Notes under the pieces: generated by a model
Told to the model about the DNA's origin: nothing
The model's input: the letters and a program-made list of their open reading frames with translations, nothing else
The model's database searches: none
Translations under genes and position numbers: made by a program
Assembly: GCA_964016885.1 (NCBI GenBank)
Contig: OZ024740.1
Location: 305,722,001-305,786,000, forward strand
Source: Eledone cirrhosa
Lineage: Eukaryota
DNA length: 64,000 nucleotides
Direction: 5' to 3'
Shown here: positions 30,859-43,641 of the stretch, one piece after another
Layout: the number at the start of each line of letters is the position of its first letter
How positions within the stretch are numbered: the stretch's first letter is position 1

Positions 30859-33451
30859 ATGACCTCACTCAGAATAGGCAGCATAAATGCGCGTGGCTTG
30901 GGGTCGTCATGGAAGCAGGGCCACCTGCTCAACGACCTCAGCTCACTAAACATAGATGTAGTGGCCATCAGCGAGGCCAGAATCTCCGAAGCACGGGCCT
31001 TCGCACCGATCTTCGGCGGCTACGATGTGTACGCATCTCCCAGCCGTCCTGGATCGGGGGGAGGAGTTGCTGTGCTTTTTCGGAGAGGTTTGGATCTCGC
31101 CATACGGGCCATCTTCCTGGACCCAGAAGGTAAGTTGGTGGTGCTGGACGTGACCAACGGAGGCGGGCAAGCTTTCAGGCTAGTGGCCGTCTATGCCCAG
31201 ACAGGAGCAGGGCGGCCTGATTTCTTCCGGCGTCTGGATACCTTTCTTGGAACGTCCCGCTCTTTAGTGTTAGTGGGCGACTGGAACGAGATCTTAGATG
31301 CACGCTGGGACTGTGTGGGATTAGCGGATAGGGGAGTAGGGTGTAAGAGCCTCACCAACCTGCTCAGGCGTTTTGAACTGTCTGACAGGTACCGATTGGA
31401 TTTCCCGAATGTGCCAATGTGGACTTGGACAAACCGCATAGGGTCATCCAGATCATATCTAGATAGAGTATTTTGTAGGGAAATAGAGAGATCTAGCATA
31501 GGCTGTCCACAATTCAAGATAGTCAGCTATACGGACCACAAATTCGTGATCTGTGTGCTTGACTTAGATAGGCTTCATACACGAGGACCCGGCTACTGGA
31601 AGCTAAACGCGTTATTAACAGCGCGCAAGGCCTACAGAGACCGGATTAGCGAACTAGCTAAGCGGGCGTTGACGGGGGCCATCGTCAACAACAACTGGTG
31701 GTTTGCTCTGAAAAGAGCGATTAGAATAGAGTCCATTAGGTTTAGTAAAGCTTTAGCAATAGAGAAAAATAGAGCAGAGGGAGAACTAGTTAGAAAATTA
31801 GACGAGGCGCTTAGCAAAGGCATCGCAACCAACGTACTTGCGGCGAAATTGGCCCTTGACCAATTCTTCAATGCAAAGCACGAAGGCTGCGTTGTCAGAG
31901 CTAGGGTGCGTGCTCTCAATGGGCCTGAGTGGCGGAGGCGCGTCGTGACAACAAAGCCACGATCCGGTCTTTGGTTGACCACGACGGGCGCATGCTACTC
32001 GATCCCGGGCAAATGTGTGAAGCTTTTCAGCGACACTTCGCTCAGCTGTTCGGGGGCAGCGGCGGGCCGTGTCGAGGGATGGACTTTAGTGTCTACCTCG
32101 ACGGACTGCCGCGGCTCTCGGCCACTGAGGCGGAGTGTTGCGAAAAGCCGATAACAGCCGCTGAAGTACGGGAGGCAATGACTGGCTGCACAAGAGGTAA
32201 AAGGCCTGGTTTGGATGGTCTGCCCTATGAACTTTACAGTCAGATGCCAGACTTGTTCGGAGGCCTTTTGGCGGACGTCTACTGCAATTGGCAACAGAAC
32301 GGGAAAATTCGCAGCTCTGTGGGCCGAGGAGCGGTGGCGCTGCTGAGAAAGAATCCGAACAAGGGGGATAACATAGATAATTTCAGGCCCATAACTCTGC
32401 TAAACACAGAGTTCAAGATTTTGGCCAAGGTGCTAGCAAAGAGGTTGGTGCTTGTCGTTGGTGGTCTGGTGGAAGAGGCCCAGACATGCGCCATTCCCGA
32501 CAGATCCATCCACGACAATCTCCACCTCATGCGATACATCGTAGAGAGGGTAGCTAGGGAACCTGGCACGGATGGCTGGGCATACCGTGGCGGATGATGC
32601 GCAGACACGCGCTCAGGCTACGACATCTCCACCTCTTCCTCGACGGTGATCAGGTGTGGTTGCCGTTTGCTAGACACGTCTTTCCCCAGCTCGTCTCCTT
32701 GACGGAGCTGCAGTCCTGGGTCAAGCGAAGACCGAGAGCGAGCGCTTGGAGACTGGAATGTCTTCAGGCGCTCACAGCCCTCGACCAATCGGGCAATGTG
32801 ATCGGTGGAAACTCCACCTTGGCGTTCTATAGAGGATTAGTGGAGGGGAAGAGCGACGATGTACTTGGAGAAACTCTAGGCGTCGACGAAAATCAACTAA
32901 CCAATCTCTTCGGAAGGACTTTCGGGCCGGGGCCTATGGACAATTTCCAGAAATCCCTGGCCTGGCAGTGCTACCGAGGAGCTTTGCCAGTTCGGGATAA
33001 ACTCTACAGGCATGGAGGTGCCGTCAGCCGGGCATGTCCGAGATACGCACAGGGCGACGAAACCGTCCTGCACGCACTCGTCCAGTGTCCGAGCATTGCT
33101 GACTTGTGGGTTTATGTCGAACACCTGCTGTTACGTGTAGGACGGATCCAGCTATCAGCTGAGTCCATCGTGAGGATTTCCCCGCCCTCTTCCTTTAGCC
33201 GGGAAGGGCAGGCAGTTTTTATCTGTCTGGTGGCCATGGCGAAAGAGATAGTATGGTGGACACGTTTGAAAGGGCTGAAGACGAACACTTACCTCTTCGG
33301 TGATGCCCTGATTAACTTTTTCAAATTTCATTTGAAAAGGAAAATCAGGGTAGAGAGGGAAGTGCTCTCTTCCCAGCATTTTGTTGAAAGATGGGTGAGA
33401 GAAGCAAGTCTGGCCCGAGTGAATGGGCCTACTCTGAGTATGTGTCTGTAA
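30859..33451 (+). pseudogene. LINE ORF2 (APE endonuclease, truncated RT, C-terminal zinc-finger region)
   Basis: APE motifs SINARGL, GDWN, YLDR, TDH and YWKLN; frameshift at about 31920; RT start PGLDG...NFRPITLLNTEFKILAKVLAKRL...SIHDNL. The sequence then jumps at about 32580 to the C-terminal ALPVRDKL..CPRY...ETVLHALVQCP. Confidence 0.9.
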
Positions 33452-33703
33452 ATTAAAGGTGGAAAACTGGGAGAGGGCACTTGCCCTGGTGGTCAGCGTC
33501 ACTGTGGCCTTTTAATGGGCTTTCTCCACAAATGTCCCTCGGAAGTCTCCCCCCCTATTGGGGAATTTTTCATTGTTTTTTTGTTACATCCTCTGTTTTT
33601 GTTTTTTTTACACGCAGAAATGCCCATTTGTACCGTCCTGTATTGTCCTGTACTGTCCTTAATGTCCACTTTATGTAAACCCTTGTGGTTAATAAAGAAA
33701 GCA

Positions 33704-33840
33704 TTTACGATCTGAGTTCAAATCCCGCCGAAGTTGGCTTTGCCTTTCATCCTTACGGGGTCGATAAAATAAAGTACCAGTAATGCACTGGGTAATTGCT
33801 GGCCTTGTGCCTAAAGTAGAAACAATTATTATTATTATTA
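33704..33840 (+). mobile_element. SINE 3' half following the LINE
   Basis: tttacgatctgagttcaaatcccgccgaag...gtagaaacaa(tta)n. Confidence 0.9.
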
Positions 33841-34103
33841 TTCATTTTTGTTGACGTCGTGGTCGTCGCTTCCGACACCAATAGTTCACCTCAACAGCCA
33901 CCGCGTATAATACCTGGTTTATCACTATTGCAGGTTTTGCTTTAACTCTCTCATTTTAAAGCCAATTTGAGCCAATTTTATCTCACTGTTCTCTCTAGTT
34001 TACTTTCACTTTAAAGCCAAGTTTAATATCATCAAAACTTGTTGTTTAATCTGACTTTAAAGTTTCCTTTAATCCCCGCTTATTCTCGTTTATAATTCTT
34101 CCT

Positions 34104-34203
34104 TAATATCACTTTTATCTAAACACCGCTTAATATCACTTTAATCTAAACACCGCTTAATATCACTTTAATCTAAACATCGCTTAATATCACTTTACCT
34201 AAA
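34104..34203. repeat. 27-bp tandem repeat, about 3.5 copies
   Basis: Unit tctaaacaccgcttaatatcactttaa. Confidence 0.85.
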
Positions 34204-34229
34204 CATACATACATACATACATACATACA

Positions 34230-34560
34230 TGATGGCTGCCCCCTCGTTATCGAGTATGGCCATTGCACGATATAACATTATTAATAGTTGTCAATTAATG
34301 TTATCGTGCAATGCCTGTGCGTAAATATTTTTTTTAAAAGTGAGGAAAGACTGTGCACTGAGCCAATCCACTCTCCGAGCGACAGTAGCTATAACCCGAA
34401 AAGAAGAAAATATCAACATCATCGGTAACTACCGAGCCGCAGGTTTTATATCGGAGTTATCCCAGTTTTCTGAGTTGCCTTCTCCTAGAAGAATGCCCTG
34501 ACAAAGGCTAGGGGTCCTTCACTTCCAGTGGTTTAACCACGCGATCGGGTATCCAGCCCG
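34230..34560 (-). mobile_element. Interspersed repeat abutting (TACA)n, with a second copy at about 49035-49410; possibly an RTE-associated non-autonomous element
   Basis: Shared blocks tggctgcc..ctcgtt.tcgagta.ggcca, tgcact.agcca.tcc.actctc and gcagg..ttatatc.gagtt. Confidence 0.6.
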
Positions 34561-34937
34561 ATTATTTCTATGTCCCCGCGCATATATATACATACATATG
34601 CATCCACATATATACATACATTACATACATACATATATACACATGTACATATACACTTTTGGATGGTCGTTGACTCTTATGAGTTCTTCTTCCCTTTGTC
34701 ATACATACATACATACATACATACATACATACATACATACATACATACACACATACATACATACATACATACATACATACATACATACATACACACACAC
34801 ACATACATACATACACACATACATACATATATACATACATACATACAAGTATACATGTATACCTACCTAATTAAATACATATATACATGCATACATAGAT
34901 ACAGTTAGAAAAAGAAAATAGTGTCGGTGAAGCTTAC

Positions 34938-35042
34938 CTTCGGGTAACTCGAGGGCAGCTGAATCTATGTTTGCAATTGTAATATTTTTCTGTACCGGGG
35001 TTGATGGACAGCCTGGCCGACCAGACAGAATCCGTTCTATTC
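34938..35042 (-). CDS. PRDM14: PRDM14-like exon immediately upstream of the PR domain (GIERILSGRPGCPSTPVQKNITIANIDSAALELPE)
   Basis: Acceptor ttccatattgcAG, donor G|GTAAGC, 105 bp, phase 1/1. Splices in frame to the next exon to give ...LELPE-GLAIYQT, paralleling the LQLPE-GLCLMQT junction of vertebrate PRDM14. Confidence 0.8.
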
Positions 35043-35063
35043 CTGCAATATGGAAATAGGGAG

Positions 35064-35115
<52 letters not shown>

Positions 35116-35116
<1 letters not shown>

Positions 35117-35214
35117 TGGGTGTTCCCCCAAAATATATACACACTTCAACAGCATTCTAATAAATATTGCGTACAGGTAATCAAAGTATGTATATATTTT
35201 TGGGGGACACCTTG
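35116..35214. mobile_element. Tc1/mariner-type mini-MITE
   Basis: About 31-bp imperfect TIRs CTGGGTGTTCCCCCAAAATATATACACACTT / AAGTATGTATATATTTTTGGGGGACACCTTG, flanked by TA. Confidence 0.75.
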
Positions 35215-35240
35215 TATATATATGTGTGTGTATGTGTGTT

Positions 35241-35319
<79 letters not shown>

Positions 35320-36138
35320 TATGTGTGTTTGTACAAACAATAACACACATATATGCATTGATACTTATAATAATTCATTTGTAAACATTTACATATATAT
35401 ACTAGTAGAAATGTGTGTACAAACGTATGAAAAAAGAAAACTACAATTTTGACATACAAATGATACGAAATCGCAACGACATATTTCATTTTGCGGTTTT
35501 TAATTTAATACAACGACGATTATTCTCTACAAAATGGTGGCATCCTATTCCAACTTAAAGGAAAGATGTGATATGAACCAGTAATAAGCAGAAACATGAT
35601 TGAAATAGCTCAGCACAGCACCATCGATGAAATTCGAACATGTACGATCTCCGAATTATACGGTTCTTTTAACAGACACTCGGCTACTCTATATTTGATG
35701 TGTTTTTCTGTTCATATGTATATTATCATAAATGCGCAGACGCATTACAAAAAACTAAGCAAGCATAACAGTAACGCACCTATTCCTCAGCAAGCCTACA
35801 CACAAGTAAATCATTGTATATTGGAGTGAATATTTATTTTTATTTGCTTCATATTGAAATACTTTATCAGAAAAGAACTGCGCTTGAAAAATAATGTTTT
35901 CCTTCCGCAAGTAGCCTCCTTGGATCAGACAAAATAGTTTTTCTCAATTGTTTAAACACTGAAAGTAAGCAAAAATCCGGACTCATATACTTTTAAATGA
36001 ACTTAGTAATATAAGACTGGATTAACTCCAATAATGGGATTCCTTTACTAACATAATGAAACTTAAGTATTCTGTGGAAATATATGTCTAATTACCATGT
36101 ATTAAGTAATACACACAAACACACACACACACACACAT

Positions 36139-36171
<33 letters not shown>

Positions 36172-36381
36172 CATATATATTGTGTTAATGTATGTATACA
36201 CATTAACACAATATATATGAAAATTGAAAAATTCCTGAAATAACATGAAAAACTTAAGAAATATTAGGTTTTCTTAATAAAGCACACAACCTCTATAGGA
36301 GAAACGCATTTTTATTTACAACAATAATTTCTATAGAATCAAAAACATAATGTGAACACAGAATTTTGAACATTATTTTCG

Positions 36382-36562
36382 CGGCAGTATCGGTAGAGGG
36401 TCGGATGCCATGCTTTCCAGCATAGTTACGTCCCTTTACGATCTGAGTTCAAATCCCGCCGAGGTTGACTTTGCCTTTCATCCTTACGGGGGTCGATAAA
36501 ATAAAGTACCAGTAATGTACTGGGTAATTGCTGGCCTTGTGCCTAAAGTAGAAACAATTATT
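36382..36562 (+). mobile_element. tRNA-derived SINE
   Basis: A-box-like ggcagtatcggtagag, B-box gagttcaaatcc, and Deu/Nin-like core gcctttcatccttacggggtcgataaaa. Confidence 0.9.
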
Positions 36563-36984
36563 TTCGCATAAGAGAGGATTTAGTGGCAGTTGGGTATGTT
36601 TTACGGTTTTCGGTAACGATCTGTAAAACAATTGTTTCTCAGTTTCATCTTTTGTGAGAATGTTATTTTAATCCTGAATGATTTTAATCCTGAATGATTT
36701 TAATCATTCACAACAACTGTCTTCTCAAGTTTTTCAAGTCTACTTTTGTAACCAGGATCATCCTTTCATGTTGAAGGGTCTTTGTCGAGGAAATCGGTGC
36801 TGATAGAAAATCTCACGAAGAAAGTTTTTGTACCAGGAGTTACAAAAGACGAAAACTCGATGTTTGCAAAAGAAGAAAAGTAATTTTTGGTGCAGAATAT
36901 ACCTCTTCAGTTGATCTGTTTCTTCTTTATCTTCTTCACTTTTGTCTGCTTCCAGCATAACTTGAGCAATATTTGCCTAAACCT

Positions 36985-37520
36985 CTCATTGCTCACCTTT
37001 TCTCATTGTTCTCCTTGCTCTTCTTGGTCTCTTTTTCTCATTGCTCTCCTTGCTCTCCCTTTCTCCTTCCTCTCCTTGCTCTCCATGCTCTCCTTTTCTC
37101 ATTGCTCTTCTGGCTCTCCTTTTATCCTTGCTCTCTTTGCTCTCCTTTTCTCCTTGTTTTCCTTGCTCTCCTTTTATCCTTGCCCCCCTTTCTCCCCTTG
37201 CTCTCCTGTTCTCATTGCTTGCTCCTTGCTCTCCCTTTTCCTTGCTCTCCTTGCTCTCCTTTTATTTTTGCGTCCTTGCTCTCCTTGCTCTCCTTTTATT
37301 TTTGCGTCCTTGCTCTCCTTGCTCTCCTTTTATTTTTGCGTCCTTGCTCTCCTTTTCTCCTTGCTCTCCTTTTCTTATTGCTCTCCTTGTTCTCCTTTTT
37401 TCCTTACTCTCCTTGCTCTCCTTGCTCTCCATGATCTCCTTTTCTCATTGCTCTACTTGCTCTCCTTTTCCCATTGCTCTCCTTACTTTCCTTTTCTCCT
37501 TGCTCTCCCTTTCTCCTTGT
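36985..37520. repeat. (TTGCTCTCC)n-type minisatellite
   Basis: Direct inspection. Confidence 0.9.
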
Positions 37521-37682
37521 ATACATGTACTTGTTTATATGCAAATACAATGAGAAAAGGCAAGCAAGGAGAAATATGAAAACAAGGAGAGTATATATAT
37601 ACATATCATATATATATTTATATATGTATATATATATATATATGTATATATGTATATATGTATATGTATATATATATATGCG

Positions 37683-37735
<53 letters not shown>

Positions 37736-37758
37736 GTATATATACATATATATATATA

Positions 37759-38192
<434 letters not shown>

Positions 38193-38509
38193 TGCTGCTC
38201 TCACAGCGAAAAATAGGTGTTTGCTTTCCCCATTATATTTACTGTCACTTATGCTTCGAATACCAAGAATAAGTCTGAACAAGTTTTTAATTTAAGAAAA
38301 AAATTATATAGGAGATAAACATTTTTTATCTGAATAAAAAATGACTTTCTAGGCGAAAACTTCAAAAATCACGGTCGATGGGGGTCGCCTTGCAATTGTC
38401 CGCTTGAGGTAAAGTTTTGCCTAGATTGTTTTTTTGTTACTTGGAACAAGATGGGAGGCGGGGGGGGGGGGGAGCTAAACTTTTAGAAAATTGAAAAATC
38501 AGGGCCACC

Positions 38510-38547
<38 letters not shown>

Positions 38548-38561
38548 TAAAAACACATACG

Positions 38562-38616
<55 letters not shown>

Positions 38617-38844
38617 CAGTGGAGCGTCTGTGAGGAATAGAAAGAGAGGATTTGTTAGTAAAGAAGTACGAGTGAGGAAATAAAATTTACACTATACTTA
38701 CAAGTATTGAGTGCTCATTCAGTTAATGTTTGAATGTTTTAAGTACTATGGTATTTTAAGTACCCATTCTATTATATAAATATATATCTATATATATATA
38801 TATATATACATACATACAGATATATATATATATATATATATATG

Positions 38845-39345
38845 CATTTAAGTAACTGCCGTACTAAGAGTGAGAAATGAAATTTCGTTTCATTCTATTC
38901 CATTTATCGTTTTCGGTGCGCCCGGCCGACTAAACTCACTCGATATGCAAATTAGGCTGCTCAGCCGTTAATATGCATAAGGAAAGTATATACTTTCAGA
39001 CGTTCAACCATCTGGCAGGAAGGTATACGATGCTGACGATAGCTAATAAGCTTGAAACTAGTACATCGTTCTTGTGTCAGTGTTGAACAAAAAGGTGACG
39101 TGGTTGCCTAAACACTGTACGGCGTAATTCGGGCTGTTTGTTTGTTTACAAACAAACCGAGCATTATAATAAATGTTCGGTAAACCGATACGTGCATATA
39201 TATATGTGTGTGCATGTATGTATATATATACATACTACTGTACGTCTGTATACATATATGTATGTACGTATACATATATGCATACTTACATTTAAGTAAC
39301 TGCCGTACTAAGAGTGAGAAATGAAATTTCGTTTCATTCTATTCC

Positions 39346-39351
<6 letters not shown>
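38845..39351 (+). mobile_element. Element A: 444-bp unit with a 63-bp terminal direct repeat, hammerhead-bearing, in (TA)n (retrozyme or Penelope pLTR-like)
   Basis: 38845-38907 is identical to 39289-39351; internal hammerhead; (TA)n on both sides. Confidence 0.8.
39027..39069 (+). ncRNA. Minimal type I hammerhead ribozyme
   Basis: ACGATG-CTGACGA-T-AGCT-aata-AGCT-T-GAAA-CTAG-TA-CATCGT: 6-bp stem I, complete core, 4-bp stem II closed by a U.U mismatch, palindromic stem III (ACTAGT), GUA cleavage triplet. Confidence 0.85.
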
Positions 39352-39378
<27 letters not shown>

Positions 39379-39381
<3 letters not shown>

Positions 39382-39817
39382 GATATTAAATAAATGGAAA
39401 CTATATTTATAAAACCATATTTATTTCATTATATATATTTCAGGGATATCATATTAAAAATATGTTATGCCTTCTTCAGACAAAATACAATATAAACAGT
39501 CTTATAAATAGATAGATTCGACATACCTTTCAACTTCGACTTCTATTTGAAAAGTTGATTTTCAAATAGAAGTCGAAGTTGAAAGGTATGTCGAATCTAT
39601 CTATTTATAAGACTGTTTATATTGTATTTTGTCTGAAGAAGGCATAACATATTTTTAATATGATATACCTGAAATATATATAATGAAATAAATATGGTTT
39701 TATAAATATAGTTTCCATTTATTTAATATCGTAAATATACTCCAAATACTTGTTGAGTGCTTTTATATCAGATATAAATATTTACTCGTTGTTAACCCAA
39801 CAATTTAAATAAAACTT

Positions 39818-39820
<3 letters not shown>
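39379..39820 (+). mobile_element. Element B: fold-back element with 175-bp inverted arms, 5-nt spacer and a unique tail, in (TA)n
   Basis: 39379-39553 versus 39559-39733 shows one mismatch; tail runs 39734-39820. Confidence 0.9.
39625..39690 (+). ncRNA. Minimal type I hammerhead ribozyme (mirror copy on the minus strand at about 39422-39487)
   Basis: TATTTTGT-CTGAAGA-[AGGCATAACATATT...AATATGATATACCT]-GAAA-TATATA-TA-ATGAAATA: 8-bp stem I with two G.U pairs, 12 of 14 bp stem II, palindromic stem III, AUA triplet. Confidence 0.72.
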
Positions 39821-39850
<30 letters not shown>

Positions 39851-39852
<2 letters not shown>

Positions 39853-40047
39853 CGAAGGAATTGTGGTAAGGAACCAGATGGACCATAACGCACCAGAGTA
39901 CTAGGGTAGTAGAGTGGGTAATAGGAAAAAGTATGACCCCGACGGCAGAGCTCAAGCCGTTTCGACGGTTATTTCTGGACTACAGTAGTCCAGAAATAGC
40001 CGTCGAAACGGCTTGAGCTCTGCCGTCGGGGTCATACTTTTTCCTAT
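39851..40047 (-). mobile_element. Family C fold-back element (63-bp arms plus tail) in (TA)n
   Basis: 39921-39983 versus 39985-40047 inverted; same tail as the 52511 and 7334 copies. Confidence 0.9.
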
Positions 40048-40567
<520 letters not shown>

Positions 40568-41109
40568 CGAGAGGGGGTGAGAGAGAGGGAAAGAGAGTGA
40601 GAGAGGGTGAGAGAGAGAAAGGCAAAGAGAAAAAATGGGTGAGAGATTTTATAAAATATTACGCCCATAAAATAAATATGTATAAACCTCCAGATATACG
40701 TTGCACAGTCTTATATCGGTTTATTGTTGTTGTTATAATTATTCACCTATTTCTTCATGCACTGTCCTCCATGTATCGCCCTTGTGGCAATAGATGAAAA
40801 CATTATCGTTATTCTTATAATGTCTTCTTCTTGACGCCATTTTCATGCTCCAGAAAATAGCATCAATATTATTTTTACTGAAATCATTTTCATTGATAAT
40901 TTCGTATTGTTTATCAGAAGAGACTGAAGGGAGTGGTGCAGGTGGTGGAATTGGTGGAATCGGGTGTATTGTGAGGTGGTGTATTGTGAGGGTGTCACAT
41001 TATTGTTTTAGGCAACATTTATAGCACACACACACACACGTGTCAATACACACTTAGAAACGCATACACATAGACAAAAACACCCTGGGAGAAGCACACA
41101 CACACGTCG

Positions 41110-41203
<94 letters not shown>

Positions 41204-41353
41204 ACGCGCACACACACATGTTTATTTATTTATTTACTAATCCGTTTATATCACTTTTATGACTAGACATCTTTCTCAATTACAACCCTGTTCGATCTTC
41301 TCTCCCATTAATCATGTTTTCTATATTTGTTTTCTCTTTGGTGGTGGTGGCGA

Positions 41354-41388
<35 letters not shown>

Positions 41389-42202
41389 TCAGCAGTAGTA
41401 GTAGTAGTACTAGCTGTTGTTCTTATATTTGTTGCATCAATATCTTTTTTGATAAGTAATTGTCTTTTCATATGAGAAAAAATAATGATGGCGATGATGG
41501 TGATGATGATGGTGATGATGGTGATGACGATGATAAATATCATCACCATCATCACAATCTACAATCATCGCGATTATAATCATCATCATAATCATCATAT
41601 TCATTTTTCTCATTGTCATTGTAATCATCTCATCATCTTCCTACATCTTCTTTGAAATACACCCTGCATTTTAAACTTCGTCGCTACATATATATCTTCC
41701 ATTTAAACTTCTAGAATCAACTTTATTCTTACACATTCTATCTGCTTCTCTCTCATTGTCCATCCAATTCTTACTCCTATTGTCACTCAATCTTACCTCA
41801 CTCAATCTCTTCTTCCCTCCGTATTATCTCACTAATTTTCTCTCTCGCTCTAACTATCCTCGTCTCTACTTACTGTCTTATAAAATATTCCTTCTTACAA
41901 ATTCTTCATTTTCCTCCTCTTTTACATCCTTTGTGAAACTTCTTACTCACTATTGACTCTTTATTTGCCTCTTTCTTATCATTTTACCTCAAAATCATCA
42001 CCCCACATTAGCACCAGCTTATAAAGAACAATGGTGATGTTACATTAATGATAGGCCAAGTCTGTAGTGGCGAGATTCAAACTCAGAACAAGTTTAGTTC
42101 ATTGGATGTTATTTCTTAAGACTTCACAAAAGGAGAACGGCTTAGAGAAGGATAAGGAGAGAAAAAGAAGTAGCTGAATCGATAAGTTATCTAACAATTT
42201 TA

Positions 42203-42530
42203 TGGGCGCAGCATGTTCGAATGGTCAAGACGTTCACCTCGTAATGATTAGGTTCAGAGTTCGATCCTACAACGTTGCATCTCGGGCAAGTGTCATTTAC
42301 CATAACCTCGGGTCAACTCATACCTTGTGAGGGAATTTGGATAGACGCGGACAATTTGGCAGCCCGTCGAATGGACTGTACCAGCAATTTCAAGAGTCAA
42401 CATTGTCACACACCGTGTCATTCTGAATCTGCCTGAAAAGAGTACACATGTCTGTAGAACACTCAGTCACTAAACGTTTGACCCGTTGATCGAACAACTG
42501 ACGGTGGTCCATTCCATCGAGCAACCGGTC
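42203..42530 (+). mobile_element. Second tRNA-derived SINE family, diverged
   Basis: tRNA-like head (tggtcaagacg...gagttcgatcc), then gggcaagtgtc...ccttgtgagggaatttgg. Confidence 0.65.
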
Positions 42531-42859
42531 GTAGGTTGGGTGTTTCGTCTTATGTCTCTGAAAGCCCGTTGCTATATGGTTTCGTCGTATTCCATAATAA
42601 AATTAAATTCCATATAAAAATTAGTAGTTTTGGTTTCCTTGTTGGTGTATTTCAATTTATTGTTGGTCCTGGTCATTTTCCAATCACACCAATCAACATA
42701 TACAATGCCTACATAACAACAAACAGTACAGAATAACCGCTAAAAACTAGAATATTCTCACTCATTTATCTTTTGGTTTTTGAGAAATATTCTGGAGACT
42801 AAGAAACCATTATTAATAGGATAGAGGTTCCATCATTGATACGATTAGCGATGTGGAAT

Positions 42860-43225
42860 AGACCTCCGTCGATTTCGACGATCAGTATTCCAGTTGTTTG
42901 ATCTTCGGAACAACCTTCTCATTTCATTAAAGTGTACATGTCTTAGCATCAACAGACACGTGTAGCCTTACTATAATTCTCAGGGAGATTACACTTGATA
43001 CGTGATAGAGTGAGACAAGGATGGGTCTTCGAATTACAGATGCAGTCCATCCGACGGGCCTCCAAACAGTTTCCGTCAACCCAATTTCACCCAGAAGGCA
43101 TGGGTCGATCCGAGGCTATGTTAAATTCCACTTGTCCAAGACATCGCGAAGTGAGATCGTGTAGTGAGATCGAACCCTGGACTTAATGACTGCGAAGCGA
43201 ACCTCTTAACCATTGGGCCATGATA
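42860..43225 (-). mobile_element. Second SINE family, inverted copy
   Basis: Reverse-complement similarity to 42203-42530, including B-box ggttcgatc. Confidence 0.65.
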
Positions 43226-43567
43226 CGTTCAAACCTGAGTAACGGCAGTAGAATCAAAGGGAGGTAAAGAAAGAAGAATGAAAAGAAGTACACAAGCAAA
43301 AATAGAGATGCCAAATGTACGAATTTAGTTTAGTTGCATCTAACATATTGAACAGGAAAATAGAGGGGCAGTGTTAGATGGAAAATGGAATTGATATATT
43401 ATCATTTACATGCACTACCCCCCACCCCCACTTCATCCTACTTCTACCTTCCTTCTCTCTCTTACACACACATATACACACACACACACACATACAGACA
43501 CACAACTTAATGATCACACACTTTTAGGTAATTTGAATCCCGATAAAGAGGCTCTCTTTCTGTCTCT

Positions 43568-43641
<74 letters not shown>

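Larger units (their letters stand above)
28661..33703 (+). mobile_element. Tx1/L1-group non-LTR retrotransposon, near full-length but with the RT core deleted
   Basis: ORF1 with a CCHC knuckle; ORF2 with APE endonuclease, partial RT and a C-terminal zinc-finger region; 3' AATAAA at 33691; about 20-bp flanking duplication. Confidence 0.92.

Noticed and set aside
36382-36460. tRNA gene
   Set aside because: A and B boxes are present, but the head continues into a multicopy SINE body and shows no convincing cloverleaf.
38193-38513. TTAA-type DNA transposon end (...gggccacc-TTAA)
   Set aside because: Only one putative terminus is visible and there is no matching TIR, so it was not called.
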